This document shows, piece after piece, positions 39,511 through 48,829 of a stretch of DNA of 64,000 nt. A program made the translations under genes and the position numbers. Location: the NCBI GenBank assembly GCA_965248435.1, contig OZ252100.1:3552001-3616000 (forward strand), given 5' to 3'. This DNA comes from Candidatus Latescibacterota bacterium. Lineage in GTDB: Bacteria > Latescibacterota > UBA2968 > GCA-2709665. Under the pieces are notes generated by a model. The model saw only the letters and a list, made by a program, of their open reading frames with translations, was not told the DNA's origin and made no database searches. Numbering within the stretch: the first letter of the stretch is position 1; each line of letters starts with the position of its first letter.

Positions 39511-40299
39511 TTACTCGGAGGCCTGCGGCTCTGCGCCTTCCATCTTCTCGAGGATCGCCTTCCGCATCGTCCGATCGGTCAGCCCCGGAAACCACTGGCC
39601 CAGTCGGGCGGCGACGCGGTTTTTGAATCCCGGAATGAGGACGCGACGGCGTGACTTCACGGCGCGGAAGATCTTTTCGGCCAGTTCCTCGGGGGCCATG
39701 CGGCGAAGTTCCAGGGCCGGATCCGGGCTGTGTCGCCTCGCGTGAGCGGTGCGCACGGGACCGGGAAAGACGGTGAGGACGTTTATATCCTGTGGCGCGA
39801 GAGCAACGGAGAGGCTTCTGGCATAAGAGGCGATGCCATCCTTAGTCGCTGCATAGACCGCGGCGCCGGGGTAGCCCGTGTAGTAAGAGAGAGAAGAGAC
39901 GAAGACGATAGTCCCCTTACCTGCGATCTTTTGCCGACTGAGAAGCTCTGAAGTGAGCACCATCGGCGCATTCAGGTTGACATCGATGAGCCTCCCATAG
40001 AGTCCGGGATCGATCTCTTGAAAGGCTCCCGTTTCGTTGATCCCCGCGTTCTGAACGAGGAGGTCGATCGAAGGACCTTTATCGACTTCGTCTACGACGC
40101 GAGCGATCTCGGAGGATTTGCTCAGGTCGGCAACCACGAAAGCGATCTGCGCTCCCATCCCCGTCAGTTCGCTCTTCGTCTGCTCCGCCTTTTCGGCATC
40201 GATATCGATTCCGAGAACGGACGCGCCATCTCGAGCAAATCGAAAGGCGAGCGATCGACCGATCCCGTCCGCCGCGCCGGTGATGACGCAAAACATCAA
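39511..40299 (-). CDS. Short-chain dehydrogenase/reductase
   Basis: TGAADGIG, NAG, YAATK. Confidence 0.9.
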   Translation of the reverse strand: MMFCVITGAADGIGRSLAFRFARDGASVLGIDIDAEKAEQTKSELTGMGAQIAFVVADLSKSSEIARVVDEVDKGPSIDLLVQNAGINETGAFQEIDPGLYGRLIDVNLNAPMVLTSELLSRQKIAGKGTIVFVSSLSYYTGYPGAAVYAATKDGIASYARSLSVALAPQDINVLTVFPGPVRTAHARRHSPDPALELRRMAPEELAEKIFRAVKSRRRVLIPGFKNRVAARLGQWFPGLTDRTMRKAILEKMEGAEPQASE

Positions 40300-41075
40300 C
40301 GGGTTCCTCCTCTCATCACTGCGTCGATGACCCCTCTGAAATAGCTTCCCGTGAACCAGGCCAGCTTGTTTCCGAACCCGATGACGACGGTGCGCCGATC
40401 GCCCTGGATCGCCCGCGCGATTTTCGATGCGACATCTTCAGCTGAAGGGAAGCGCTCCCAGTCCACGACGTCTCGCCCGACTCCGATTTTGGCGTGGAGC
40501 CCCGTGCGGGTTGCGCCCGGATGGATCACCTGAACGCGTGCCGTTCCCAACAACTCGGTTCGCAGGCTCCTGCCAAACCCTTCGAGAGCGGACTTCGTGG
40601 CGGCGTAGACGGCATACTCCGGGCAGGGTAGCGCAGAGACAACCGATCCAATGAGGACGATCTTCCCTCTGACAGGTTGTACGAAGGCGACCAGTCGGTG
40701 AGAGAGAAGGATGGTACCGGTCAGGTTCACCGAAACGACGTTTCGAATCGACTGCTCCGTCTGACGTTCCACGGGACCGTAATAGCCTGTACCCGCGTTG
40801 TGTATCAGAAGATCGATGCCTTCGATCTCCAACTCGAGAAGGAAATGTTCGACCTGCGCGGGACAATAGGGGTCGCTGAGGTCGGTCTTGCAGTAGGTGC
40901 CTGGGGTGAAGAGAGCGGGGTCGAGTTCGGAGAGGGGCCGACGTCCGAGGAGGATCAGCCGAGCGCCACCGGCGCGATAAAGACGGGCCAGGGCAAGGCC
41001 GATGCCGTCCGTCGCGCCGGTAATCAGGATCGTGGATCGTGGATCGTCGCTCGTCGTTCGCAAACCAAACCTCAC
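40296..41075 (-). CDS. Short-chain dehydrogenase/reductase (start uncertain, lies in a repeat)
   Basis: TGATDGIG, HNAG, YAATK; stop overlaps the start of the next SDR. Confidence 0.88.
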   Translation of the reverse strand: MRFGLRTTSDDPRSTILITGATDGIGLALARLYRAGGARLILLGRRPLSELDPALFTPGTYCKTDLSDPYCPAQVEHFLLELEIEGIDLLIHNAGTGYYGPVERQTEQSIRNVVSVNLTGTILLSHRLVAFVQPVRGKIVLIGSVVSALPCPEYAVYAATKSALEGFGRSLRTELLGTARVQVIHPGATRTGLHAKIGVGRDVVDWERFPSAEDVASKIARAIQGDRRTVVIGFGNKLAWFTGSYFRGVIDAVMRGGTR

Positions 41076-41116
41076 CGTAAAGATGTAGAGACGCCCCGCT
41101 GGGGCGTCTCTACATC
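41044..41116. repeat. Composite repeat: heptamer arm plus GTAG REP
   Basis: tcgtcgctcgtcgttcg..caaac.tcac.g..gatgtagagacgccccgctggggcgtctctacatc; second copy at 63551-63617. Confidence 0.8.
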
Positions 41117-41143
41117 GGTGGTGGAGGGGGATGTCTGGGAAAC

Positions 41144-42076
41144 TCAGTTGTTGTAGAGCAGATAGACGAGGAGGTCACCCACTGCCTGCAGGCTTACGGG
41201 ACTACACTTGTCTGCGGTGTCATGAGTCGTATGCCAGTGCGGGTAGTCGAAGTCGATCAGGTCGATGACGGGCATGCCAGCCTCCATGAGGGGGATGTGG
41301 TCATCCTGAATCGCATACTTGGGCTCCCTGTGAAACTGCTCCAGGCCGATGGCTTCGGCAGCGTTCCATACACGGGCCACGACGTCCGGGTATCGAGCGA
41401 GGGAAAAGCGCTCGACGTGGATGTTCAAGTTCGTGTCCCCAATCATGTCCAGCAGGATTCCCATTCGGGGACGATAGAGACCCTCTCGCTTCCTGGCAAA
41501 CTCCCGGGCCCCCAGAAAGTAGTCACTCACATCTCCGCGCAGACCCCGGCCATAATCCTCTCCGTCGAAGAGGACGATGTCCACACCGAGGCCGGGATCG
41601 GATTCCCCAAGGCACCTCGCGATTTCGAGAAGGACGGCCACGCCTGAGGCGCCGTCGTTCGCGCCGAGGATCGGCCTGCTGCGAACCGCAGGATCGGGAT
41701 CTCTGTCTGCGTAGGGCCGCGTGTCCCAGTGGGCACAGAGCAGGATTCGCTCCTCCATCTGTGGGTTGAACTCGCCGTGCAGGTTTGTGAGAGAGACCGT
41801 CGAATCGACTTTCTCATCGTAGTATATAAAGGGCTCTGAATAGGCGGTGTCCGCGTGTGTCCGCAGCTCCTCCAGGAGGAACACTTTCGCGGCTTCGTGT
41901 CCTGTTGATCCAGGATTTCGGGGTCCGAAGTCCGTCTGCCTGATGAGCAGGGCGTACGCGCGCTCTCCGTCAAAAGCGATCGGGCTGGCTTCCGCCGGGT
42001 TGCCGTTCACCGGGCGCTCCTCTCCGGAACAGGAGGCCGATATCAGAAGAAGCAGCGCAGCCAAAATTTTTCCCAT
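41144..42076 (-). CDS. M28 family peptidase / glutaminyl-cyclase-like lipoprotein
   Basis: Lipobox-like ISASC; CAHWDTRP, GANDGASG, FDGED, LLDMIG, DDHIP, WHT..D. Confidence 0.88.
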   Translation of the reverse strand: MGKILAALLLLISASCSGEERPVNGNPAEASPIAFDGERAYALLIRQTDFGPRNPGSTGHEAAKVFLLEELRTHADTAYSEPFIYYDEKVDSTVSLTNLHGEFNPQMEERILLCAHWDTRPYADRDPDPAVRSRPILGANDGASGVAVLLEIARCLGESDPGLGVDIVLFDGEDYGRGLRGDVSDYFLGAREFARKREGLYRPRMGILLDMIGDTNLNIHVERFSLARYPDVVARVWNAAEAIGLEQFHREPKYAIQDDHIPLMEAGMPVIDLIDFDYPHWHTTHDTADKCSPVSLQAVGDLLVYLLYNN

Positions 42077-42240
42077 CACAAGCAACCTCTGGAAGGAGTC
42101 AAAAAGGGAATCAAAAAACCATGACCGGATCGTCTCACATTTCATATATTGGCGGCCGGAGAACTCACCCGTATCTGTCTCCGCAGGTCTTACATTCAAT
42201 AATATAAGAAAAGAAGGGAAGGAAAAAGGGGAGAGGTCCG

Positions 42241-43476
42241 ATGATTCACAAGGTTGAGGCGCTGAATTACCGCTGTTTCAATTACATCGGTCAGCGCCTT
42301 AATCGCTTCCAGGTCCTGGTCGGACCGAATTCAAGCGAGAAGACCAGCTTCCTGGACGTGATCGCCTTTCTGGGAGACCTGGTTCGCAAAGGAGTGGATG
42401 GAGCGATCAAACAGCGAACCCGGGACTTGCACGACCTGGCCTGGGGCCGCGAGGGGGGGAGATTCGAGCTCGCTTTAGAGGTTTCCATCCCCCAGGAAAT
42501 CCTGAACCGTCTTCCAGATCAAGATTTTAGGGCCTGTCGGTACGAGGTCGTGATCGCCTCGAACCCGGAGTCAGATGAGCCTGCGATCCTGTCGGAGAAG
42601 GTCCTTGTCCTTTTGCCCACCGATGTTCCGAGGGACCCTCAGGAAACGCTCTTTCCCCTCGGGGGTGCCGTTCCGGAGACGCTCGTTACGCCAAGAGGTG
42701 TAAGAAGCGCGAAGACCCTGGTGAACAAAGTCCCGGGGGGCAACGACCACTTCTATGACGAGACCGGACACGGATGGGATCACGCGTTCAAACTTGGATC
42801 CAAGAAATCTGCCCTGGGGAATCTGCCAGAGGACGAGGGCCGGTTTCCGGTTTCCACGTGGCTGAAGGGGATGCTGGTCGACGGCATATACCGCCTCAAT
42901 CTGGAACCCCTTGTGCTCCGGAAGCCCAGTCCGCCCGGCCAGCCAGGCGCCTTTCGGCCCGACGGGTCCAACCTCCCGTGGGTGGTCGAAGACCTCAAAC
43001 GGGCTGATTTCGACAGTTATTCTGCCTGGACCGAACACGTTCGCTCGGCGCTGCCGGATATCGAGTCTGTGAGTACGGTGGAGCGTCGGGAAGACCGGGC
43101 TCGTTATCTCCTCGTTCGCTACCGCGGCGGTCTGGAAGTCCCGTCCTGGATGGTGTCGGATGGCACGCTGAGATTCCTGGCCCTATCGCTCCCTGCGTTT
43201 CTACCCGGCTACGACAAGACCTACCTGATCGAGGAACCTGAAAACGGCATCCACCCGGAGGCCGTAGAGCACCTTTATGCCTTCCTGCGATCTGCTGAAT
43301 CTCAGGTCCTGGTGACCACGCATTCCCCCGTGATCCTGGAGACTGCGGAACCTGACCGCGTTCTCTGTTTTTCGAAGAACCGGGAAGGGGCGAGCCAAAT
43401 CGTGTCCGGTGAGCAGCATCCGGCGCTCAGAAACGGGCGTCAGGGTGACCTTTTTGCTCCGGGTAACTTTGATTGA
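42241..43476 (+). CDS. ABC/AAA_21-type ATPase with degenerate Walker A
   Basis: NYRC, GPNSSEKTS (Walker A G>E), VSDGTLR signature, LIEEPENGIHP Walker B/D-loop, TTHSP. Confidence 0.85.
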   Translation: MIHKVEALNYRCFNYIGQRLNRFQVLVGPNSSEKTSFLDVIAFLGDLVRKGVDGAIKQRTRDLHDLAWGREGGRFELALEVSIPQEILNRLPDQDFRACRYEVVIASNPESDEPAILSEKVLVLLPTDVPRDPQETLFPLGGAVPETLVTPRGVRSAKTLVNKVPGGNDHFYDETGHGWDHAFKLGSKKSALGNLPEDEGRFPVSTWLKGMLVDGIYRLNLEPLVLRKPSPPGQPGAFRPDGSNLPWVVEDLKRADFDSYSAWTEHVRSALPDIESVSTVERREDRARYLLVRYRGGLEVPSWMVSDGTLRFLALSLPAFLPGYDKTYLIEEPENGIHPEAVEHLYAFLRSAESQVLVTTHSPVILETAEPDRVLCFSKNREGASQIVSGEQHPALRNGRQGDLFAPGNFD

Positions 43477-43782
43477 GCGAAGTGCAGTGCAGGTTAAGGA
43501 AGTTCGCGGCGAGAGAAGAGAAGTGGAGATACGCCGGCGAGGGAGTTCTCCCGGCGTTTCTTTTATCACGGAAGAACACGGAAGCTACGGCGGAGACCGT
43601 GATGACACGGAAAACATCGAGTGAGGTGTACAACACCCGCACCTGCACCCGGTTAAGAAGAGACCTCAGGAGGCGCGGAGGGCCACGGAGCCTCCCTCCC
43701 CAAAACCGATTCGAAGCCTTGTTCTCCCTTCACGGAAGCCTGTCCCTCGCTTGACGCGGGAGGGGCTAGGGGGTTAGGTCTT

Positions 43783-45150
43783 GTGAATATCATCCTGATC
43801 ATTTCAGATACCTACCGGTATGACAACCTGTTCGATCGGGCGAGTATGCCGGTGCGCACGCCCCATCTCGATCGTTTCTCAGAGCGAGCTGTTAGTCTGT
43901 CGAGCATGGTTCTTGCAAGTTTTCCGACGCCTTCACACAGGACCGATGTGACGACGGGGCGCTACTTCTGGCCGTGGGCGGATCGGTCGCTGACGAATCA
44001 TTCACCCGTGCTGCTTGAAGAGGCAGGTTACGTCACGCAGTTTATCTGCGATTGCCCGCACCTGTTCAAGCGGGGCATCAACACCGGTTTCAACGGGGCG
44101 TATGAGCTTCGAGGCCAGGAGGGGGACACTTACTTTCTCAGAATGAATCGTCCGTTCAAAGAGGCCATGCCCCTGGACAAGACCCGCCAGGACTATCACT
44201 TCCAGGGCCGCAACCTCGTCGACCTGCATTGCTGGACGAACCGGCACTGGTACCGGGAAGAGGATCGCTTTGCCCCCCGGATAGCAGGGCTGGGTGTGGA
44301 GTGGCTCGAGGAAAATTTCGCGCATCACCCCTTCTTCTTGTGGCTCGACTTCTTCGATCCGCACGAGCCCTGGGATCCGCCCGAATACATGGTGAAGCGT
44401 TATGACTCCGATTACACCGGCACTCCGATGATCCATCCCAACTACGGCAGGGCCAGCGATATGACCGCAGAGGAGTTGAGAAACCTGCGGGCACACTACT
44501 GCGCAGAGGCGGAGCTGGCGGACCGGTGGGTGGGACGCGTGCTCGAGAAGATCGACGATCTGGGGCTCTGGGAAAATTCGATCGTGGTGTTCACATCTGA
44601 CCACGGGATGAGTCTCGGCGAGCACAACCAGGCGGGGAAGGCGAACCGGAACCTGAGTGACGAACGGTTCTGGCCGCTCTATCCGGAGATCGCGCACGTT
44701 CCCTTCATGGTTGCCGCTCCCGGACTGGAGGGGGGAACGACTGTGGATGCCCTCACACAGCCTGTGGATATCCTGCCGACCCTGATGGATCTGGCGGATG
44801 TAGAGGTTGCGCCTCCACAGCCGTTCCACGGCCGGTCTTTCGCGCGGGCGCTGAAGGGAGAGCAACAAGCGCCGCTGAGAGAGATCGCGATCTGCTCGGC
44901 GACGTTGCGGGGTGAGGCGAACGGGCCTCCGAAGAAGTGGACGACGCCGGTCGTCTACACCGATGCGTGGGCATACGTACCGATCGGTCAAGGAGGGGAG
45001 CGCGAGTTATACCATCTCGAGGACGATCCTTATGGCGAACGCAACGTCGCTCCAGACCATCCCAAAGTCGCCACCGATCTGCACGCAAAGTTTGTGAGTT
45101 GGCTTCGCAAAATGGAAGTTCCAATTAGAGTGATTGATCTATACAACTGA
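43783..45150 (+). CDS. Sulfatase/alkaline-phosphatase superfamily protein with non-canonical nucleophile motif
   Basis: NIILIISDT, SFPTPSHR, FDPHEPWDPP, TSDHG..GEH, DILPT. Confidence 0.85.
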   Translation: MNIILIISDTYRYDNLFDRASMPVRTPHLDRFSERAVSLSSMVLASFPTPSHRTDVTTGRYFWPWADRSLTNHSPVLLEEAGYVTQFICDCPHLFKRGINTGFNGAYELRGQEGDTYFLRMNRPFKEAMPLDKTRQDYHFQGRNLVDLHCWTNRHWYREEDRFAPRIAGLGVEWLEENFAHHPFFLWLDFFDPHEPWDPPEYMVKRYDSDYTGTPMIHPNYGRASDMTAEELRNLRAHYCAEAELADRWVGRVLEKIDDLGLWENSIVVFTSDHGMSLGEHNQAGKANRNLSDERFWPLYPEIAHVPFMVAAPGLEGGTTVDALTQPVDILPTLMDLADVEVAPPQPFHGRSFARALKGEQQAPLREIAICSATLRGEANGPPKKWTTPVVYTDAWAYVPIGQGGERELYHLEDDPYGERNVAPDHPKVATDLHAKFVSWLRKMEVPIRVIDLYN

Positions 45151-45174
45151 GGGATTCTAACGAGGAGAGAAACC

Positions 45175-46122
45175 GTGGACGTTCAAGAGGCAAAGGCCGT
45201 TTTCAGAGGGAGCACGATTTCTGTAGCGACGCCGTTTACGGAGGACTTCGAGCTGGACCTCGACGCCCTGCGCGAGAACATCCGCTTCATGCTCGACCGG
45301 GGCGTGAAACGAGGCAACGGCCTACTGCTCGTCGCTGCTGCGGGCGGCGAGTTTCCGATGCTCAGCTTTGATGAACGCTTGCAGGTGATTGAGGCCAGTG
45401 TAGAGGTTGCTGCCGGCGAGATCGAGGTGGCCGCGAGCATCCAGTTCAACGGGACGCGTGAGGCTGTGGAATTTGCCCGTCGCGCACACGAGGCGGGAGC
45501 TTCCCTGGGTCAGCTCTCCTCACCGTACTACTATCCTCCCCCTGAAAAGGACATCTTCCGGTTCTTCAAGGCGGTATCGGATGACAGCGACCTGCCCATC
45601 ATGGTCTACAACAACTGGTGGAATACGCCCAACATGAACGTGGACACAGTGGATCGGCTGGCGGAGCTCCCGAACGTGGTCGCCCTCAAATGGTCCGCCC
45701 CCAACAGCGGCCAGTACAGCGAAGGGCTTCACCGACTTGCGGACCGGCTCGCGATCATCGACAACAACGGGCAGGTCGTCTGGTCAAACGTGATGGGCGC
45801 GGTGGGATTCGTCACCCACGTCAGCAACTTCTGGCCTGAGTACCCACTCGCGATCTGGCAGGCCCTGGAGCAGGGAGACTATCCGAAAGTCGCCCAGGTG
45901 CTCGGCGAGTTCCAGTTCGTTTGGCAGGCCTGGCGCAAGAAAGTCGAGGCTGAAACAGAGGGAGAGGGCCCTTTCATCAAGGCGGCAATGGAAGGGGTCG
46001 GCCTGCCTGCCGGCCCGCCCCGCCCGCCGGCGGCCCGCGTGAGCGCCGGACTGCGGGAGGCGTTTCGCGAGCTCGCCGAAGAGACCGGCATTCCGAGGGC
46101 CGCGGCTCCAGTGGCGGCCTGA
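45175..46122 (+). CDS. DHDPS/NAL family aldolase-like protein
   Basis: TPF..D.ELD, AAGGEF (in place of GTTGE), PYYY, MVYN, ALKWS Schiff-base Lys. Confidence 0.85.
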   Translation: MDVQEAKAVFRGSTISVATPFTEDFELDLDALRENIRFMLDRGVKRGNGLLLVAAAGGEFPMLSFDERLQVIEASVEVAAGEIEVAASIQFNGTREAVEFARRAHEAGASLGQLSSPYYYPPPEKDIFRFFKAVSDDSDLPIMVYNNWWNTPNMNVDTVDRLAELPNVVALKWSAPNSGQYSEGLHRLADRLAIIDNNGQVVWSNVMGAVGFVTHVSNFWPEYPLAIWQALEQGDYPKVAQVLGEFQFVWQAWRKKVEAETEGEGPFIKAAMEGVGLPAGPPRPPAARVSAGLREAFRELAEETGIPRAAAPVAA

Positions 46123-46149
46123 CACGATCGGGAAACGAGGATTCGTATT

Positions 46150-47004
46150 ATGGCCAAGATCACCGCGACCTCCTCGCTCGGTTGGGCACACTACACGCTC
46201 TACGAGGCGCTGCCCCGTATCAAGGCGCGGGGCTTTCAGCGCGTCGAGATCGCGAGTTTCTACAGCTACTGCTTTCACTTCAATTTTGGGAGCCCGACGC
46301 CGGGCGAGCTGAAGCAGATGCTGGCGGATCTGGAGCTCGAACCGGTCTGTCTGAACTACTGCGGAAGCAATCAGGAGGCGTGGCGAAACGAAGAGATCGA
46401 CCGGTTTGTTGCGGACTGGACGCGGAAGCTGGAGCACATGGCCGACGTCGGCATCCCGATGATGACGATGCTGTTCGGGACCCGCAACGACCGGCCTGAC
46501 CAGGAGGCCCAGCTGGCCAACTCGGTGGAGGCCTACGATCGCGTCGGAGAAGCGGCGGCTGGGTTGGGCATCCGGATGCTGCTCGAAGTACCTCATCTGT
46601 GGACCATCATCTGGGGGCCCGAGCAGGTGCTCTGGGTGATGGATCGCCTGTCGAGCGATAACGTCGGCGCGCTCGTGGACTCGAGTCACTGGGGCATTTC
46701 AGGCTATGATCCTGACGCCTTTTTCGACGCGCTGGGAGATCGGCTCTGGCACGTGCATCTCCGGGACTCCCAGGGGCCTGACAGCGCGGACTGGAATCAG
46801 GATCTGGAGCTGACTCCTGGCAAAGGGTCGGTGGACTTCGGGAAGTTCGCCCGGGCGCTGGATCGCGTCGGGTACGTGGGAGATGTGTCGCTCGATTTCG
46901 AATACCGGGATATGACGCTCGACGGAATCGAGTGCGAATATGATGCCGGACTAAAATATCTGGCGAAGGCCGGATGGGAGGTTGCGGAGGGCGTGCAGTA
47001 TTGA
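46150..47004 (+). CDS. Sugar-phosphate isomerase/epimerase (xylose isomerase-like TIM barrel)
   Basis: LLEVPH, VDSSH, HVHLRD, PGKGSVDF. Confidence 0.85.
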   Translation: MAKITATSSLGWAHYTLYEALPRIKARGFQRVEIASFYSYCFHFNFGSPTPGELKQMLADLELEPVCLNYCGSNQEAWRNEEIDRFVADWTRKLEHMADVGIPMMTMLFGTRNDRPDQEAQLANSVEAYDRVGEAAAGLGIRMLLEVPHLWTIIWGPEQVLWVMDRLSSDNVGALVDSSHWGISGYDPDAFFDALGDRLWHVHLRDSQGPDSADWNQDLELTPGKGSVDFGKFARALDRVGYVGDVSLDFEYRDMTLDGIECEYDAGLKYLAKAGWEVAEGVQY

Positions 47005-47145
47005 GGGTTTCGAATCGCAATGGAAATCCCCCTCAATCCCTCCCTCGACTCGCAAGCTCGCTCGGGACAGGCCTTTTCCAAAGGGGGAAGAATGCATCCA
47101 TCGGTCAGTATAGTCGGCAAATGAGCAATGTCCCCCCTTTGCAAA

Positions 47146-48467
47146 GGTTCATCACCGATTTCCGGGGAAGGCGTGGCGGATTCTAAGAAAGAAATAATTA
47201 TCATCCCTGAAGCCATATGCCATCCGCTTGATGACCTTGATTTTGTTGTTAATTCCCTCAATCAGGCTTGTCCCGATGGGATAGTCACAGTGAGCTAGGA
47301 TTCCTGGCATATACGTCTTCAGATTGCGTGCGAATTTCTTGAGTGGCTCGATCTTGCTGTAGATGGCGCGTCGATACCACTGATTCCAGAATCTGTTGGC
47401 CGCAGCTCTGGATCGATAAGACCAGAGATGATTGAGATCCTCTTTGAGGAGGTATACCGTGTAGAGGCGTTTGTTTGCAGAAAGCAATTCTCTTAGCGAC
47501 ACTCTGTCTTCTTTGCTCGTGACATTTGCTTTGCTGCGCAGGAGCAACCACCGTTGGTTCTGAGTCACTTTGCGATCGGGTCGGCCACCGCGCACCCGAC
47601 CCAGTTCGTCGATGCGTACTCGCTCGACGACGTCGCGGTTGTACTTGGCTTTAACGTGATACAGGTCATAGATGATGTCCACATCCGGACAATGGGATCG
47701 CACCTCCTCTTCGTAGGCACCGTTCATGTCCATCGCCACGGCCTCAAGTTGCTTGCAGCCTTCTTCTCCAAGGAGGTGGAAAAACGGGCGGATGTCCTCT
47801 CGACTTCGGCCGCGACCCACCCATAGGACACGCTTGGTCTCCATGTCAACAATCACTGTGGCGTAGCGATGGCCCTTTTGGATCGCAAATTCGTCCATGC
47901 CGATCACCGTGACCCTGGCAAAATCCGGCGGTTCCAGCTCTTGCTGGAGATGGGTCTTGTGAATGCGCTTCACGGTATTCCAGCTCATCCCATAGTGCTG
48001 TGCCACGTGCTGGATGGGCAGGACTTCGCACAATCGAACAACACTTTCAGCCAGGCGTTGAGTGACCCGTGAATACCGATCCAGCCAGTCAATCTGCTCC
48101 GTCCGGCAGCCACATCGGGGACATAGGACGCGCCGGGAGTGCACGATCAGCCTGGTTCGAGACCCCCAGATCGGCAAATCCTGAGCAAATCGCACTGCCC
48201 AATCATGAACCCGGTACGCCTTCTTCCCGCAACCACCACACCGAGGAAGGCGGCCTGTCTTGGGACGTAACTCGACTCCAACAACGTCTGCTTCCTGACG
48301 TTGAATGCCAACTACCACAAACCCTTGCCACCTACCCAGTAAGGATATACTTTGCACCTGAGACAACGCGCTCTCCTTTCTACCTTCAGGTTTATAGAGG
48401 ATACTCTGAAGATAGGTCGGATGCCGTTGTCTCGTCTATTTTCTACCCCAACATTTGACGAAGAACC
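47146..48467 (-). mobile_element. Complete ISL3-family insertion sequence (1322 bp)
   Basis: Imperfect terminal IRs GGTTCATCACCGATTTCCGGGGAAG / GGTTCTTCGTCAAATGTTGGGGTAG; 8-bp direct repeat TTTGCAAA at 47138-47145 and 48468-48475. Confidence 0.93.
47152..48366 (-). CDS. ISL3 family DDE transposase
   Basis: Zinc finger CGGC..CPRC, IGMDEF, AMDM, DLYHV, EGINNKIKVIKRMAYGFR. Confidence 0.95.
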   Translation of the reverse strand: MSQVQSISLLGRWQGFVVVGIQRQEADVVGVELRPKTGRLPRCGGCGKKAYRVHDWAVRFAQDLPIWGSRTRLIVHSRRVLCPRCGCRTEQIDWLDRYSRVTQRLAESVVRLCEVLPIQHVAQHYGMSWNTVKRIHKTHLQQELEPPDFARVTVIGMDEFAIQKGHRYATVIVDMETKRVLWVGRGRSREDIRPFFHLLGEEGCKQLEAVAMDMNGAYEEEVRSHCPDVDIIYDLYHVKAKYNRDVVERVRIDELGRVRGGRPDRKVTQNQRWLLLRSKANVTSKEDRVSLRELLSANKRLYTVYLLKEDLNHLWSYRSRAAANRFWNQWYRRAIYSKIEPLKKFARNLKTYMPGILAHCDYPIGTSLIEGINNKIKVIKRMAYGFRDDNYFFLRIRHAFPGNR

Positions 48468-48518
48468 TTTGCAAAGGGGGGCAGGGGGGATTTGAATTTC
48501 GAGAAGAAGAGATCCCTT

Positions 48519-48719
48519 CACGTCCATTGGGATGAATGCTATGCCATCTACAACTAAAATCAAGACGCCCTTAGAGGCGGACTGGATCTGGACGTCAGAA
48601 GACCTGCCGGCCAGAAAGATGTGCAGACCCTGCGCATCGACGGAAAGGAACAGCCGATCGAGCCGGTTTCTCGGCTGGAGGGATGCACGGGGCTGGAGGT
48701 GGAGGTTGCGCTTGCATGA
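48519..48719 (+). pseudogene. Possible C-terminal gene remnant
   Basis: HWDECYAIYN*NQDALRGGLDLDVRRPAGQKDVQTLRIDGKE..LEVEVALA*; no start codon, in-frame TAA at 48555. Confidence 0.3.
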
Positions 48720-48829
48720 ATCGCTGTTCAAGACCGCAGACCGCAGACGACGGACAGCGAGATGAATAGCGCGATCTTTTGGGTTTTGAGTCGTCCGTGG
48801 TCGAATTTAGGGGTTAAGGAACGCCGCAG

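Larger units (their letters stand above)
47024..48493. repeat. CCCCCTTT..AAAGGGGG palindromic repeat interrupted by two insertions
   Basis: aaatccccctcaatccc[..]cttttccaaaggggga .. tcccccctttgcaaa[IS]gggggg caggggggattt. Confidence 0.65.

Noticed and set aside
43473-43754. 93-aa ORF as the partner of the ATPase
   Set aside because: It has low-complexity Arg-rich composition, runs across repeat tracts and shows no nuclease or TOPRIM motif.
45175-46122. Calling this gene dapA
   Set aside because: The GTTGE pyruvate-binding motif is replaced by AAGGE and there is no lysine-pathway context.
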